Source: an uncultured Gammaproteobacteria bacterium (GTDB taxonomy: Bacteria; Patescibacteriota; Microgenomatia; Woykebacterales; RBG-16-39-9b). From it: DNA of 64,000 nt. The position numbers and the translations under genes are program-made. The stretch covers positions 35,307-99,306 of the forward strand of contig CAYIWY010000001.1 in the NCBI GenBank assembly GCA_964367355.1. The letters run 5' to 3'. Below are positions 40,802-51,395 of this stretch, piece by piece. The notes under the pieces were generated by a model that saw nothing but the letters and a program-made list of their open reading frames with translations, ran no database searches and was not told where the DNA came from. Numbering within the stretch: position 1 is the stretch's first letter; each line of letters starts with the position of its first letter.

Positions 40802-42496
40802 ATGAACAACACATTTAAAGAAATTAAACAAAATCAAAAACCAACTAAAGTCCTTAAGTTTATTCCTTTGGGTGGTAACGGTCAGGTTACTAAGAATATG
40901 TTCGTCTACGAATACGGGGACGACATAGTTTTAGTTGATTGTGGTATGGGTTTTCCTAGTGAGCAGCTTTACGGAGTAGACATGGTTATCCCTGATATTT
41001 CTTATTTGAGAGATAAACAAACAAAAATTCGTGGGCTTTTAATTACTCATGGTCATGAAGATCACATTGGCGCAATCCCATATTTGATTGATAAACTCTC
41101 GACAACTGTATACGCAACCAGGTTAACAGTTGGTTTAATTAAAAATAAATTAAAAGAAGCCAATAAATTAAATACCACTAAAGTTGTTCAAATTAACCCA
41201 GGAGAACAATTTAACCTGGGGGCTTTTCGAGTTGAAGCGTTTCGAGTGAGCCACTCGATCCCAGATTCGGTTGGTTATGCTTTGACAACCCCACTTGGGA
41301 CAACGATTCACACCGGGGATTATAAATTTGATTGGACCCCACTGGATGGCAAAACCACTGATGTTGACCTCTTGACCGAGTATGGCCGTAAGGGCGTGTT
41401 AGCCTTGATGAGTGACTGTCTTAGATCCGAAAAACCCGGAAATACACTTTCCGAAGCGGCTATTCAAGTTAAATTTGAAGAAGTAATGGCCCACGTTTCC
41501 GGGCGTGTACTCATAACCACTTTTGCCTCCAATATCTCCCGGGTTCAGCAAGCGATCAATGCTTCGTTGAAATTTAATCGCAAAGTTTGTGTGGTTGGTC
41601 GGTCAATGGAAAACAACCTATTAACCGCCCAAAATTTAGGTTATATCTCAATACCCAAGGATCTGTTAATTAAACAAGATCAGATTGAAAAGACTAATGA
41701 TAAAAATCTGACACTGATTGTTGCCGGAAGCCAAGGTCAGCCAGGAAGTGCTTTGAATCGAATCGCCAACGGTGACCATCGTTTTATTTTTATTAAACCA
41801 GGGGACGAAGTTGTTTTTTCCGCTGACCCGATTCCGGGTAATCAAGACGCTGTTTACGAAATGATCGACAGTCTTTCCCGACTGGGAGCGAATGTAAAAT
41901 ATTCCGATATAACCTCTGACTTCCATGTTTCCGGTCACGCTGCTCAAGATGAATTGATTTTGATGCTCTCAATCACTAAACCGAAATATGTGGTGCCGAT
42001 TTCGGCAATGCACCGGATGATGAAACAATACGGAATGCTGGCGGAAAGTACCGGTGTGCCCAAAGCAAATATCTTTATTGTTGATGAAGCCGGGATTATT
42101 GAATTTGACGAACATGGCGCCAGGATAAAAGGCGAAATTCATACGGAAAATATTTTTGTTGATGGTATTGGGGTTGGCGATGTTGGGGAAATAGTTTTGC
42201 GGGACCGAAAAGTTTTAGCGGAGGAAGGCATCGTCGTGGTTATTTTAACAATTGATAAAGCCCACAACGAAATTATTGGCGAGCCTGACATTGTTTCTAG
42301 GGGCTTTGTTTATATGAAGGAATCGGAACCTTTGATTAAACAAGCAACGGAAGTAATTAAAAAATCCCTCAATGGCGATAAAAAAATCAAGAATTGGATG
42401 GCCGTGCGGGAAAAAGTTACCATGGATTTGGAACGTTTCCTCTACCAAAAAACCCAACGCAAGCCGATGGTTGTGCCGGTTATAGTGGGAGTATAA
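40802..42496 (+). CDS. rnj: ribonuclease J
   Basis: THGHEDHIG, HSIPDS, HTGDYKFD, HVSGHA. Confidence 0.96.
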   Translation: MNNTFKEIKQNQKPTKVLKFIPLGGNGQVTKNMFVYEYGDDIVLVDCGMGFPSEQLYGVDMVIPDISYLRDKQTKIRGLLITHGHEDHIGAIPYLIDKLSTTVYATRLTVGLIKNKLKEANKLNTTKVVQINPGEQFNLGAFRVEAFRVSHSIPDSVGYALTTPLGTTIHTGDYKFDWTPLDGKTTDVDLLTEYGRKGVLALMSDCLRSEKPGNTLSEAAIQVKFEEVMAHVSGRVLITTFASNISRVQQAINASLKFNRKVCVVGRSMENNLLTAQNLGYISIPKDLLIKQDQIEKTNDKNLTLIVAGSQGQPGSALNRIANGDHRFIFIKPGDEVVFSADPIPGNQDAVYEMIDSLSRLGANVKYSDITSDFHVSGHAAQDELILMLSITKPKYVVPISAMHRMMKQYGMLAESTGVPKANIFIVDEAGIIEFDEHGARIKGEIHTENIFVDGIGVGDVGEIVLRDRKVLAEEGIVVVILTIDKAHNEIIGEPDIVSRGFVYMKESEPLIKQATEVIKKSLNGDKKIKNWMAVREKVTMDLERFLYQKTQRKPMVVPVIVGV

Positions 42497-42504
42497 TTAC
42501 AGTA

Positions 42505-42852
42505 ATGCGTCGATTATTATTAAGTAGGCAGTTTTCTTGGAACACTTCTAGTTTAATAGTAGGAGCAATTTTCACACTAATTTTCGGAGTTGGTTTGATT
42601 TTATCCATTTTTATAGCGAATAAAAATGGTACCGGTTTTGACGCACTCGGTTATTTTCTAGCTGGTCTTGTATGGAGTGCTGTATTGTCATTTACATCAT
42701 GCTCTTTACTAGGTTATAGATTGAATAGAGATAGAAACCTAAAAGGAATAGTATTTAATCTAGTACTTAGTTGGTTACTCATGCTAGTCGGGGGAACTAT
42801 TGGATTTTTTCTGATACTATTTATTTACCCAATAGTACGCGACGTTTTCTAA
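42505..42852 (+). CDS. membrane hypothetical protein
   Basis: three TM segments. Confidence 0.6.
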   Translation: MRRLLLSRQFSWNTSSLIVGAIFTLIFGVGLILSIFIANKNGTGFDALGYFLAGLVWSAVLSFTSCSLLGYRLNRDRNLKGIVFNLVLSWLLMLVGGTIGFFLILFIYPIVRDVF

Positions 42853-43021
42853 TCCCATAGTTTGACAAGTCCTGAATTTTCTGTTACTCTTTTTTAACCT
42901 GCCGAACTCTAAGACCCAAGGTCGCAGAGCACTTCAGTGATCTATTAAAAAAACTTCGGCCGAGATATAAGCACTCGATAAGATCTCGCGCTTGTATCGC
43001 AGAAGCGATATAATTAACTCA

Positions 43022-45121
43022 ATGCGGCACCGACAAAAATCGTTCCGAAGTCCAATTAAGATCAAACTTAAAAAGAAAACCCTGCAAACTATTGCTGGTT
43101 TAGCATGTATTGGTTTTGCCGGCATCTCACTTTTAGCTTTTTTTGGTGCTGATACTGGATTTGCGGCAGTTTTAAAGCAAAAAGAATTTGAATATTTTGG
43201 TTGGGGTTCAATTTTTCTACCCCTTGCTTCTGCACTTTTGGGAATAGTTTTTCTAAAAATTGGTTTACCCTTCAATAGTTCCAACACTGCTTTTGGTTTT
43301 TCAATTTTTCTAGTTTCGATAATTGCTTTCACTGCGACTTTTTTACCAGAACAATCAGGGATAATTGGTTCGTCAATTGCCAATGCAATTAGTAGTTTGG
43401 TCACTAGAGTCGGAGCAGCCTTTCTATTATTTATACTTTCTTTAATCGCCTTGGTTGTAACTCTAAATACTTCACTGGAAACTGCTTTTGGTGCACTCGG
43501 AAAAGGTGCCAGCCTTTCACTGGGAGCAGCAAAAACCCTCGCGGGTAAAGGCAAAAAAGAAGAAGACCAAAAAGACCTACCGTTTGCCACCCGAGGTATG
43601 AAAGTTAATGAGCACAAAAAACTTGAAGAAGTTCCAGCCTTAAGTACAGCGGTTGTCAGTAATCTACCAGGAGATTCTCAAGTTTGGGAATACCCCCCAC
43701 TTGATTTGTTAACGGATAGTTTAGGGGCAAAAGCCGAACGAGGGGATTTGAAACATAACGCTTCAGTTATTGAAAAAACGCTAGAAAGTTTTGGGATTCA
43801 GGCTCGAGTGGTGGAAGTTAATATGGGTCCGGCCATCACCCAATACGCAATTGAAATTGCCCTGGGGACTAAATTAACTAAAATAACCTCACTTGCCAAC
43901 GATATCGCATTAGGATTGGCGGCTCCAACTGGAACCGTTCGTATTGAAGCCCCCATTCCAGGGAAATCACTAGTTGGAATTGAAGTACCAAATATTACTC
44001 CCGAAGTAGTACCACTGAAAACAGTTTTGTCATCTGGAAATATGCAAAAAGCCACTTCCAGACTTTCACTAGCGCTTGGACTGGATGTGTCTGGTACCCC
44101 GCTAGTAGCTGATCTAGCCAAAATGCCTCACGTATTGATTGCCGGAAGTACTGGAAGTGGTAAAAGTGTCGCGATCAATGCCTTTATTTGTAACTTATTG
44201 TTTCGTGCTAACCCTTCGGAAGTAAAGATGATTTTAGTTGACCCGAAGATTGTCGAGCTCTCTGGTTGGAATGGGATTCCTCATCTTTTGACACCAGTGA
44301 TTACAGAACCGGAAAAAGTTCTCTCAGCTCTCAAATGGGCAACTGGAGAGATGGAACGACGCTACAAAGCTTTTGCTGAGATTGGGGCCCGAAATATTGA
44401 CCAGTACAACGAAATGAGTGGATTTCAGGCCCTCCCTTACATTGTAATTATTATTGACGAATTAGCTGACCTTATGCTTTTTGCGCCAGTGGAGGTTGAA
44501 GATGCGATTACCAGGCTTGCTCAGATGTCGCGGGCAACTGGTATTCATATGATTTTGGCCACGCAAAGACCAAGTGTCGATGTTATTACCGGATTGATCA
44601 AAGCCAACATTCCAACTCGATTGGCTTTCAACGTTGCTTCCCAAGTTGATAGCCGAGTAATTATTGACCAACCCGGAGCCGAAAAACTACTTGGTCGAGG
44701 AGATATGCTTTATGTTCCACCGGACGCATCCAAGGCAGCTCGTATCCAGGGAGTTTTTGTTTCCGAACCGGAAATTAATAAACTTAAAGAATTTCTTAAG
44801 AAAAGTGGAGTTGAGCCACAATATACCGCTGAAGTTACCCAGATGCCGATCAATAAAATCTCTGGCCGTGCTGGAACCGATAGTGGCAACCGAGACGCTC
44901 TTTTTGAGGACGCAGTTCAAATAATTTGTCAATTTGACCGTGCTAGCGCTTCACTACTACAGAGAAAACTTAGTATTGGTTATGCTCGTGCTGCTAGGTT
45001 ATTAGACGAACTTGAAGCGTCTGGAGTTGTCGGTGGCGCCGATGGTTCCAAACCGAGAGATGTTTTGGTAAAAGACCCTTCAAGAGTTTTAGGTGGGGGT
45101 GAAGATACAGGCGAGGGTTAA
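43022..45121 (+). CDS. ftsK: DNA translocase FtsK
   Basis: N-terminal TMs, PHVLIAGSTGSGKS, IIDELADLM, ATQRPSVD, gamma domain LQRKLSIGYARAARL. Confidence 0.96.
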   Translation: MRHRQKSFRSPIKIKLKKKTLQTIAGLACIGFAGISLLAFFGADTGFAAVLKQKEFEYFGWGSIFLPLASALLGIVFLKIGLPFNSSNTAFGFSIFLVSIIAFTATFLPEQSGIIGSSIANAISSLVTRVGAAFLLFILSLIALVVTLNTSLETAFGALGKGASLSLGAAKTLAGKGKKEEDQKDLPFATRGMKVNEHKKLEEVPALSTAVVSNLPGDSQVWEYPPLDLLTDSLGAKAERGDLKHNASVIEKTLESFGIQARVVEVNMGPAITQYAIEIALGTKLTKITSLANDIALGLAAPTGTVRIEAPIPGKSLVGIEVPNITPEVVPLKTVLSSGNMQKATSRLSLALGLDVSGTPLVADLAKMPHVLIAGSTGSGKSVAINAFICNLLFRANPSEVKMILVDPKIVELSGWNGIPHLLTPVITEPEKVLSALKWATGEMERRYKAFAEIGARNIDQYNEMSGFQALPYIVIIIDELADLMLFAPVEVEDAITRLAQMSRATGIHMILATQRPSVDVITGLIKANIPTRLAFNVASQVDSRVIIDQPGAEKLLGRGDMLYVPPDASKAARIQGVFVSEPEINKLKEFLKKSGVEPQYTAEVTQMPINKISGRAGTDSGNRDALFEDAVQIICQFDRASASLLQRKLSIGYARAARLLDELEASGVVGGADGSKPRDVLVKDPSRVLGGGEDTGEG

Positions 45122-45164
45122 TAAAAACTTGCACAAAGCAGTCCTTTGAGTCTAAAATCCCATT

Positions 45165-46133
45165 GTGAAAACTGTTGGACAAATTTTAAAAGAAGAACGA
45201 ACTAAAAAAAATTTTACTCTCGATGAAGTCGAACGAGCGACAAAAATTCGCAAAAAAATTCTAGTCTCGTTGGAGGAGGGTGATTGGAAAAGCTTACCTT
45301 CAACCACTTTTGTTAAGGGTTTGATAAAAAATTACGGCCGATTTTTGGGTTTAGATCACAACGAACTAATTGCCTTTTTCCGACGGGAGTTTGATGAGAA
45401 AAAACAGGTTAGAAAACCTTTTGATATTAGTAATGTAAAAAATAAAGGATTTCGCCTGACACCACAATTTGTTACAGTCAGCGCAATTGGTTTGGCTGTC
45501 TTGATCGTCGTTGGTTACTTGTTTGTTCAATACCAAAGCTTCACTGGCCCCCCACTTTTAGAAATAACTGAACCGCAAAACAATATTAAAGTAAATAGTT
45601 CAGAAGTTAATCTAGTTGGTAAGACTTGGGAAGACGCAGTTTTGAAAGTTAATGGTGAAAAAGTTTCTCTATCTCCTGGAGGAGCATTTTCAGTAGCAGT
45701 TGGTTTAAATCAAGGTGTCAATGTGATCACTGTGACGGCAATAAATCGTTTTGGCAAAATTGCTACGGCAAAGCGAACAGTTGTAGTCGAAATAGTTAAA
45801 AAAGTAGAGACTGACGTTTCGCAAACTGGTGTGAGCATTTTAGTAAAAATAAATCCTGATTCAACCAATATTTTAGTTGAAGCAGACGGGACAAAAATAT
45901 TTGAAGGTGTTTTAGTTGCTGGTACAGAAAAAACCTTCAGCGCAAAAGATCGGATTAGGATTCTTTCTAAAAACGCCGGCTCGACGAAAGTAGTTTACAA
46001 TGGTGTTGAAGAAGTACTTGGTAAGGTCAGCGAAGAAGCTGAAAAAGTTTACCAGAAGGAGTTCCCAACCCTAGTTCTTATAGAGCCACTTGCCCAAAGA
46101 GCAACGGTATGGTATCTTTTCAGCAATTGTTAG
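45165..46133 (+). CDS. RodZ-like HTH membrane protein
   Basis: TVGQILKEER...LEEGD...FVKGLIKNYGRFLGL, TM, Ig-like domain. Confidence 0.85.
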   Translation: MKTVGQILKEERTKKNFTLDEVERATKIRKKILVSLEEGDWKSLPSTTFVKGLIKNYGRFLGLDHNELIAFFRREFDEKKQVRKPFDISNVKNKGFRLTPQFVTVSAIGLAVLIVVGYLFVQYQSFTGPPLLEITEPQNNIKVNSSEVNLVGKTWEDAVLKVNGEKVSLSPGGAFSVAVGLNQGVNVITVTAINRFGKIATAKRTVVVEIVKKVETDVSQTGVSILVKINPDSTNILVEADGTKIFEGVLVAGTEKTFSAKDRIRILSKNAGSTKVVYNGVEEVLGKVSEEAEKVYQKEFPTLVLIEPLAQRATVWYLFSNC

Positions 46134-46147
46134 GGGAAAATAAACCA

Positions 46148-46438
46148 ATGGATACTGCCACCTTTTTTACCATCGTCACGATTTTAATTGCCCTGATTTT
46201 GTCAGCAGTTGGCGCTTATCTGGTTTTAGTCCTCCACGAAGCTCGTACATCACTTAAAAGATTAAATCGCATTTTGACCCGAGCAGATAAATTAGCTGAA
46301 TTTGTTGATGATAAAATCGCCCGACCCAGCGCAAATTTCGCCTCAATATTTGGATTATTGAATGAAGGTTTACAGTTTTTTAAAGACCTAAAAAGAACAG
46401 TTAGAAAAACTACGGATGAGGAAACAAGAAATGAGTGA
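46148..46438 (+). CDS. DUF948-like membrane protein
   Basis: TM plus coiled coil upstream of YtxH-like gene. Confidence 0.6.
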   Translation: MDTATFFTIVTILIALILSAVGAYLVLVLHEARTSLKRLNRILTRADKLAEFVDDKIARPSANFASIFGLLNEGLQFFKDLKRTVRKTTDEETRNE

Positions 46439-46634
46439 TCACAACGATACTGGTTTTCACAAAGGTTTATTTTACGGGGTTTTACTTGGGGTCGGTTTAA
46501 TTTGGTTTTTAGGAACAAAAGAAGGAAAGAAAATCAAAGAAGAAGTTCTTTCTAAGGGTGAGGATTTGTTAACCCAAGCTTCAGAAACCATTGAGGCAAC
46601 ACTGGAAGAAATCCCAGAAAAGTCCCAAGAATAA
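46431..46634 (+). CDS. YtxH-like protein
   Basis: GFHKGLFYGVLLG...TKEGKKIKEE. Confidence 0.7.
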   Translation: MSDHNDTGFHKGLFYGVLLGVGLIWFLGTKEGKKIKEEVLSKGEDLLTQASETIEATLEEIPEKSQE

Positions 46635-46700
46635 TTAAAAAATCAGTTTCTTTTCGAGTTCCAGGATAGATCGCTTCGCGTTCTGATTCTTCGTTAGTTT

Positions 46701-46982
46701 TTAAAATACTAGTTTTTTCTCAATCTCAGAAATAAAATCTGGGTAGTAGTGGGAAATTACAGTGATATCAAATTCTTGAAGAATATTTTCCTTCGGTTCT
46801 CTCTCAAGCAGAAATTCAAAGGACTTTTCAACGACTTTTTCAGGATCAAGACTAGCTCCTATACGAGTTACAAAATCCTTGTCCATAGTTACAGTGTATT
46901 CACCTTGCGAGTTTTCATCAGTTACAGTTACTGAAAAATGCCAACCCATATTCGTGGCCCTAGTTTTAATTTTTATATCCAT
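46701..46982 (-). CDS. conserved hypothetical protein
   Basis: SFEFLLEREPKENILQEFDITVISHYYP. Confidence 0.75.
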   Translation of the reverse strand: MDIKIKTRATNMGWHFSVTVTDENSQGEYTVTMDKDFVTRIGASLDPEKVVEKSFEFLLEREPKENILQEFDITVISHYYPDFISEIEKKLVF

Positions 46983-47048
46983 TCTTTTATATGATAACAA
47001 AAATTTACTTGATTGAGAAACTTATTACTGATATTCTTGACCACAGAG

Positions 47049-48875
47049 ATGACTGCAAAAGAACTACGAGAAAAATATTTAAGATTCTTCGAGAGCAAAG
47101 GGCATAAAGTTATCCCTTCAGCTACTCTTGTTCCGGAACATGATCCAACGGTACTTTTTACCACCGCCGGAATGCACCCGTTGATCCCATACTTAATTGG
47201 ACAAGAACATCCTCAAGGTAAACGTTTGACCAATGTTCAAAAATGCCTGCGGACTGACGATATCGATGATGTTGGCGACAACTGGCACAATACTTTTTTT
47301 GAAATGCTGGGCAACTGGTCACTTGGTGATTTAGATTCCAAAGGGAGCGCAGGCACTGTAGGTGGCTACGGAAAAAAAGAAGCAATAATCTGGTCCTACG
47401 AATTTTTAATCAACGAGCTGCAGCTAGATCCAAATAGAATTTCCGTGACTGTTTTTGGCGGTGATCCGGAAATACCTGGTATTTTGGAAGACACTGAATC
47501 AGTCGAAATTTGGAAAGAGTTAGGCATTCCTGAGGAGCGTATATTCCGCCTTGGAAAAACAGACAATTGGTGGGGGCCAGTAGGGGAAACCGGACCTTGT
47601 GGACCGGATACTGAAATGTTCTATGACACAGGCAAAGGGGATCACGGTAAAGTTTGCCGACCCGGGGAGGCTTGTGGGAAATACACGGAAATTTGGAACG
47701 ATGTTTTCATGGAATACAACCGTACCAAAGATGGAAAATATGAGACGTCAAAACAAAAAAATGTTGATACAGGGATGGGATTAGAACGAACAATTGCCCT
47801 TTTGCAAGGTCGAGAAAATATTTACGAAACAGAGCTTTTTTCACCAGTACTGCAGCTGATTAAAGATTTAGCAACTGACTACAAAGAAACATCCGCAAGA
47901 ATAGTTGCTGACCACTTGCGATCAGCCACCTTCTTATTGTCCGATAAAATTATTCCGGCAAACGTTGAACGTGGTTATGTTCTGCGCAGATTAATCCGAC
48001 GAGCTATTCGCCACGCCCGCTTGTTGGGAATTAATGGCAGTTTTGCTGCCAAAATAGCTGAAAAATTTATTGAAATTTATAAAGATGAGTATTCTGAACT
48101 TGTCGATAATGCTGAATTAATTTTCCGGGAACTAAACATTGAAGAAGAGAAATTTCAGAAAGCTTTGGCTTCAGGTCTTCGTGAATTTGAAAAATTCGGT
48201 GAGAAATTAACCGGTAAGGATGTTTTCTATCTTTATGAATCCTTTGGTTTTCCACCAGAGTTAACCTACGAACTCGCCAGTGAAAAAGGCATAAAAGTTA
48301 ACCATGATGAGTTTGAAGTAGAACTTGTTCGGCATCAAGAAACTTCCAAAGCTGGTAGTGAGAAAAAATTTGCTGGGGGACTTGCTGATCATACGGAAAT
48401 TACCGTCCGTGGCCATACTGCTACCCATCTGCTTCACCAGGCCTTGAGAGATGTTTTAGGTGGTTCGGTCCACCAAACTGGGTCTAATATTACTCCCGAG
48501 CGAATTCGCTTTGACTTTTCTTACGGTGAAAAAATGACAGAGGAACAAATAAAAAAAGTTGAAACAATCGTAAATTCAAAAATTCAAGCAGATTTGCAGG
48601 TCAAAAAAGAACTCCTGTCCCAAGACGAAGCCGATAAAAAAGGAGCTATTGGTTTATTTAAAGAAAAATACGGCGACAAGGTGTCAATTTATGAAATCGG
48701 TCCTTCGACCCATTCGACGGACTCAGGGCAAGCAAACTCAGGACGAGGTTACTCTGTTGAATATTGTGGTGGCCCGCATGTGGAACATACCTCTGAGGTT
48801 GGAAGGTTCAAGATAATAAAAGAAGAGTCAGTTTCCGCTGGTCAAAGACGAATCAAAGCAGTTTTAAATCCCTAG
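47049..48875 (+). CDS. alaS: alanine-tRNA ligase (lacks C-Ala domain)
   Basis: LFTTAGM, HNTFFEMLGNWS, DTGMGLER, HTATHLL, CGGPHV. Confidence 0.96.
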   Translation: MTAKELREKYLRFFESKGHKVIPSATLVPEHDPTVLFTTAGMHPLIPYLIGQEHPQGKRLTNVQKCLRTDDIDDVGDNWHNTFFEMLGNWSLGDLDSKGSAGTVGGYGKKEAIIWSYEFLINELQLDPNRISVTVFGGDPEIPGILEDTESVEIWKELGIPEERIFRLGKTDNWWGPVGETGPCGPDTEMFYDTGKGDHGKVCRPGEACGKYTEIWNDVFMEYNRTKDGKYETSKQKNVDTGMGLERTIALLQGRENIYETELFSPVLQLIKDLATDYKETSARIVADHLRSATFLLSDKIIPANVERGYVLRRLIRRAIRHARLLGINGSFAAKIAEKFIEIYKDEYSELVDNAELIFRELNIEEEKFQKALASGLREFEKFGEKLTGKDVFYLYESFGFPPELTYELASEKGIKVNHDEFEVELVRHQETSKAGSEKKFAGGLADHTEITVRGHTATHLLHQALRDVLGGSVHQTGSNITPERIRFDFSYGEKMTEEQIKKVETIVNSKIQADLQVKKELLSQDEADKKGAIGLFKEKYGDKVSIYEIGPSTHSTDSGQANSGRGYSVEYCGGPHVEHTSEVGRFKIIKEESVSAGQRRIKAVLNP

Positions 48876-48928
48876 AGGACTTAGGTAAAAACAATTTAAA
48901 TCCAAATTCTTTCCCAATAGACACACAC

Positions 48929-48958
48929 TTGACAGAAACTATAGGACTGTAGTATATT
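48929..48958 (+). promoter_or_regulatory. sigma70-type promoter of the island
   Basis: TTGACA-18nt-TATATT upstream of GAAAGGAA RBS and ATG 49006. Confidence 0.65.
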
Positions 48959-49005
48959 GTTGCGCGCCAGCCTATAATCCATTTCGATAAAGAAAGGAAC
49001 TGCCC

Positions 49006-49788
49006 ATGGTTACTGCCACAGCCGCAAAGAACGGCGCATCTGCCGAACCTGTGACATCGCGCCGCGACACTCGCGCCAGCAAGGTTTCGGCGGTCAAGAC
49101 AGAGCAATCGTCCAAGTCCAACACGGGTTGGATGCACGTCAGGATTCACTGTGTCGGGCGCACCCCCCTGCTGATGGATCCCATGACTGATGGGACCATC
49201 GAGGAGCTGGAAACTGGGGTTCGCAAGCCGATCAACAAGCAACTGACGCGTTACCAGGTCTGCGAACCCAAAGTCATGCACAATGCTGCTGGCTTGATCG
49301 CGGTCCCCATCGACAACTTCTTCGCCTGCACTGTCGAGGCCGGCCGGAGAATCCCGTTTCAGAAGATGAGCAAGATGAGTACGGCTACCAGCACGACTTT
49401 GCCGGAGTACTTCCGCTTCATCTCGGAGGATCTGGTACTACTCGACAATAAGGGTAAGCCACTGCCGGACTGGGACGGGAAGTCGAAGAACGGCAGCTGG
49501 AGCGTCGATGTGCGCCGTGGTTGTCTCAAGGATGGCACGGCTGTGCCGATCCGGCGGCCGAAGTTCGACCACTGGGAATTCGATGTCGAGTTCGAGTATG
49601 ACATGGGAGTCATCTCGGACCAGAAGCTTCTCGATCTGATCAAGATCGCCGGCACGACCATGGGGCTGTGCAGCTTCCGGCCGAACAAGAAGGGTCGCTT
49701 TGGCACCTTTGCGATGACGCGCTGGGAAGAGATCGCTCGCCGTGAACAGGATACCGAGGTTGAGATAGTCAGGTTGAAGGCCGCGTAA
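49006..49788 (+). CDS. stand-alone Cas7/RAMP-like (Vipr-like) RNA-binding protein
   Basis: VRIHCVGRTPLLM first strand, GLIAVP, RRPKFDHWEFDVEFEYD and C-terminal Gly-rich loop AGTTMGLCSFRPNKKGRFGTF typical of RAMPs; adjacent to array. Confidence 0.75.
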   Translation: MVTATAAKNGASAEPVTSRRDTRASKVSAVKTEQSSKSNTGWMHVRIHCVGRTPLLMDPMTDGTIEELETGVRKPINKQLTRYQVCEPKVMHNAAGLIAVPIDNFFACTVEAGRRIPFQKMSKMSTATSTTLPEYFRFISEDLVLLDNKGKPLPDWDGKSKNGSWSVDVRRGCLKDGTAVPIRRPKFDHWEFDVEFEYDMGVISDQKLLDLIKIAGTTMGLCSFRPNKKGRFGTFAMTRWEEIARREQDTEVEIVRLKAA

Positions 49789-49796
49789 CAACAAAG

Positions 49797-51308
49797 GGTG
49801 ACGTACAGTACGTTTCGTTAGGTTGGCACAACTGCACTGTCGTCATTTGCACTACAGGGTGGGGAACTAGGAGTCAACTTCTTTTTCCCCACCAAAACTC
49901 TTTTTTGGTGGTTTGGTATCGGAATAAATTTCGTTACTAGAGCATCAAAACAAATACTTGGAGAAGATCAATCCAGAGTTGGGCCAAGCATTGTGGACAT
50001 ACCTGCCCTTTCGTCTACTGCTGCCCACTCCGCTGCGTCATGGGGCTGGATCCGATTATCGCAAGACGATCGGATCTGCCGACACTAACTACCTCGGCGT
50101 TGATGAGTGCGTTTCACTGACGTGAACTGCTTTGCACTTTAATGCGCTCGAGTTAAGTAGAGGGCTGGGGATCCGGAGAGAAATCAAAGGATCTCTGCCA
50201 ACCTTTTGTTTTCAAGTAGCCTGGGGCGGACTTCATAACAGTGGAGTTTCCTGGGGTCACCTGCAGGGCTGGGTTCCGAGAGGAAACAATCGGAACCTGC
50301 CACCTTGTTGACGGACTAAGCTGACGTTCAGTGTCGAACCGTTCGGTTCAGCACGCTCACGTGCGTCAGGTTTTAGTGGGGTGCAGGGCTGGGGGTTTCC
50401 TTGGGAAACTAGGGAAACCTCTGCCAACCAATGTTCGGTGCGCAGTTACCTCTCGTATTGATCGCCTTCCTGCTGTTGGCTACTCTGTCGTTTGGTGACC
50501 TGCTGTAATCTGAAGGGCTGGGTCCGTTTACAGAAATGTATCGGACTTGCCAAATTTGTGGTCTAGGGTGCGGTTTGGTTAACTCCACTAGCGTGCGGAA
50601 AACTGGCCTACACCTAACTGACGTCAGGGGCTGAGGACCCGGAGAGAAATCAAAGGGTCTTTGCCAACAAACTCAATTCGTTCCCCTGCTGTGAAGATGG
50701 CTTAACTTCAGTTAAGTTCTCCTTACTTACGTGGGGTATCGTGGAGTATGGGGCTGGGGATTTGCTCTGGAGAAATCTATTCAAGTCCCTGCCAACAACT
50801 TAAGTTGAACTTAGCTGCAGCTGACTTCTGTTCGCTGGGCTATTGTTACGTGCAGGGCTGGGTCCGTTTACAGAAATGTATCGGACCTGCCAAACCAATT
50901 TTGATGAATTGATTCTGAAAACATAAATTTCAAAACCAGCTCATCAGGGTTTTGAGAGAGTTATCAAGTGCGCTAGACCACTGTTCCCTAAAGCACCCAA
51001 GGGTTCAGCCCACTTTCGTGGTCTTCGCAATGGTACTGGGCTGGGGACCCGGAGAGAAATCAAAGGGTCTCTGCCAAAACGCTTTCAACTTAGGTACTGT
51101 ACCCCGTTCTTCGGTAAACAGTCCTGTCGCATTGTTTAGGGCTGGGGAGTTGGTTAACTTTGGTTTTCTAACTCCCTGCCAACCGAATTAGATTTTCGAG
51201 GGGTAGTGTTGTGTATGGCAGCGTCATGCTCCGTCTGCTTCAGTACACCAGGTTGCCCCATAGTTCAGGACTGCCCCCGATGTTTCGAAAGAATTATCGG
51301 GGGTGTCA
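49797..51308 (+). ncRNA. guide-like array 1: 12 units of pentamer tract (N-S-Y-N-N)n plus conserved hairpin
   Basis: hairpins start at 49856, 50042, 50161, 50265, 50385, 50514, 50627, 50750, 50854, 51037, 51138, 51267; tracts in 5-nt phase with each hairpin. Confidence 0.85.
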
Positions 51309-51395
51309 TTTTTCAATATTTACCTAAAAAATTCTGTCCCATTTTGTAACAAGGCACTTTAACAAGTGACAAATAGTAAAGGAGAGGGGACAACA

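Noticed and set aside
49811-49855. Self-targeting of dnaK by unit 1 (ca.gc.ac vs CAA GCC ACC near 22412)
   Set aside because: Only about 4 of 9 dinucleotides match; by eye I found no convincing self-target in the window, and the search was not exhaustive
50952-51191. 79 aa ORF (also 53263-53460)
   Set aside because: They run across array units and hairpins, have no RBS, and are better explained as ncRNA
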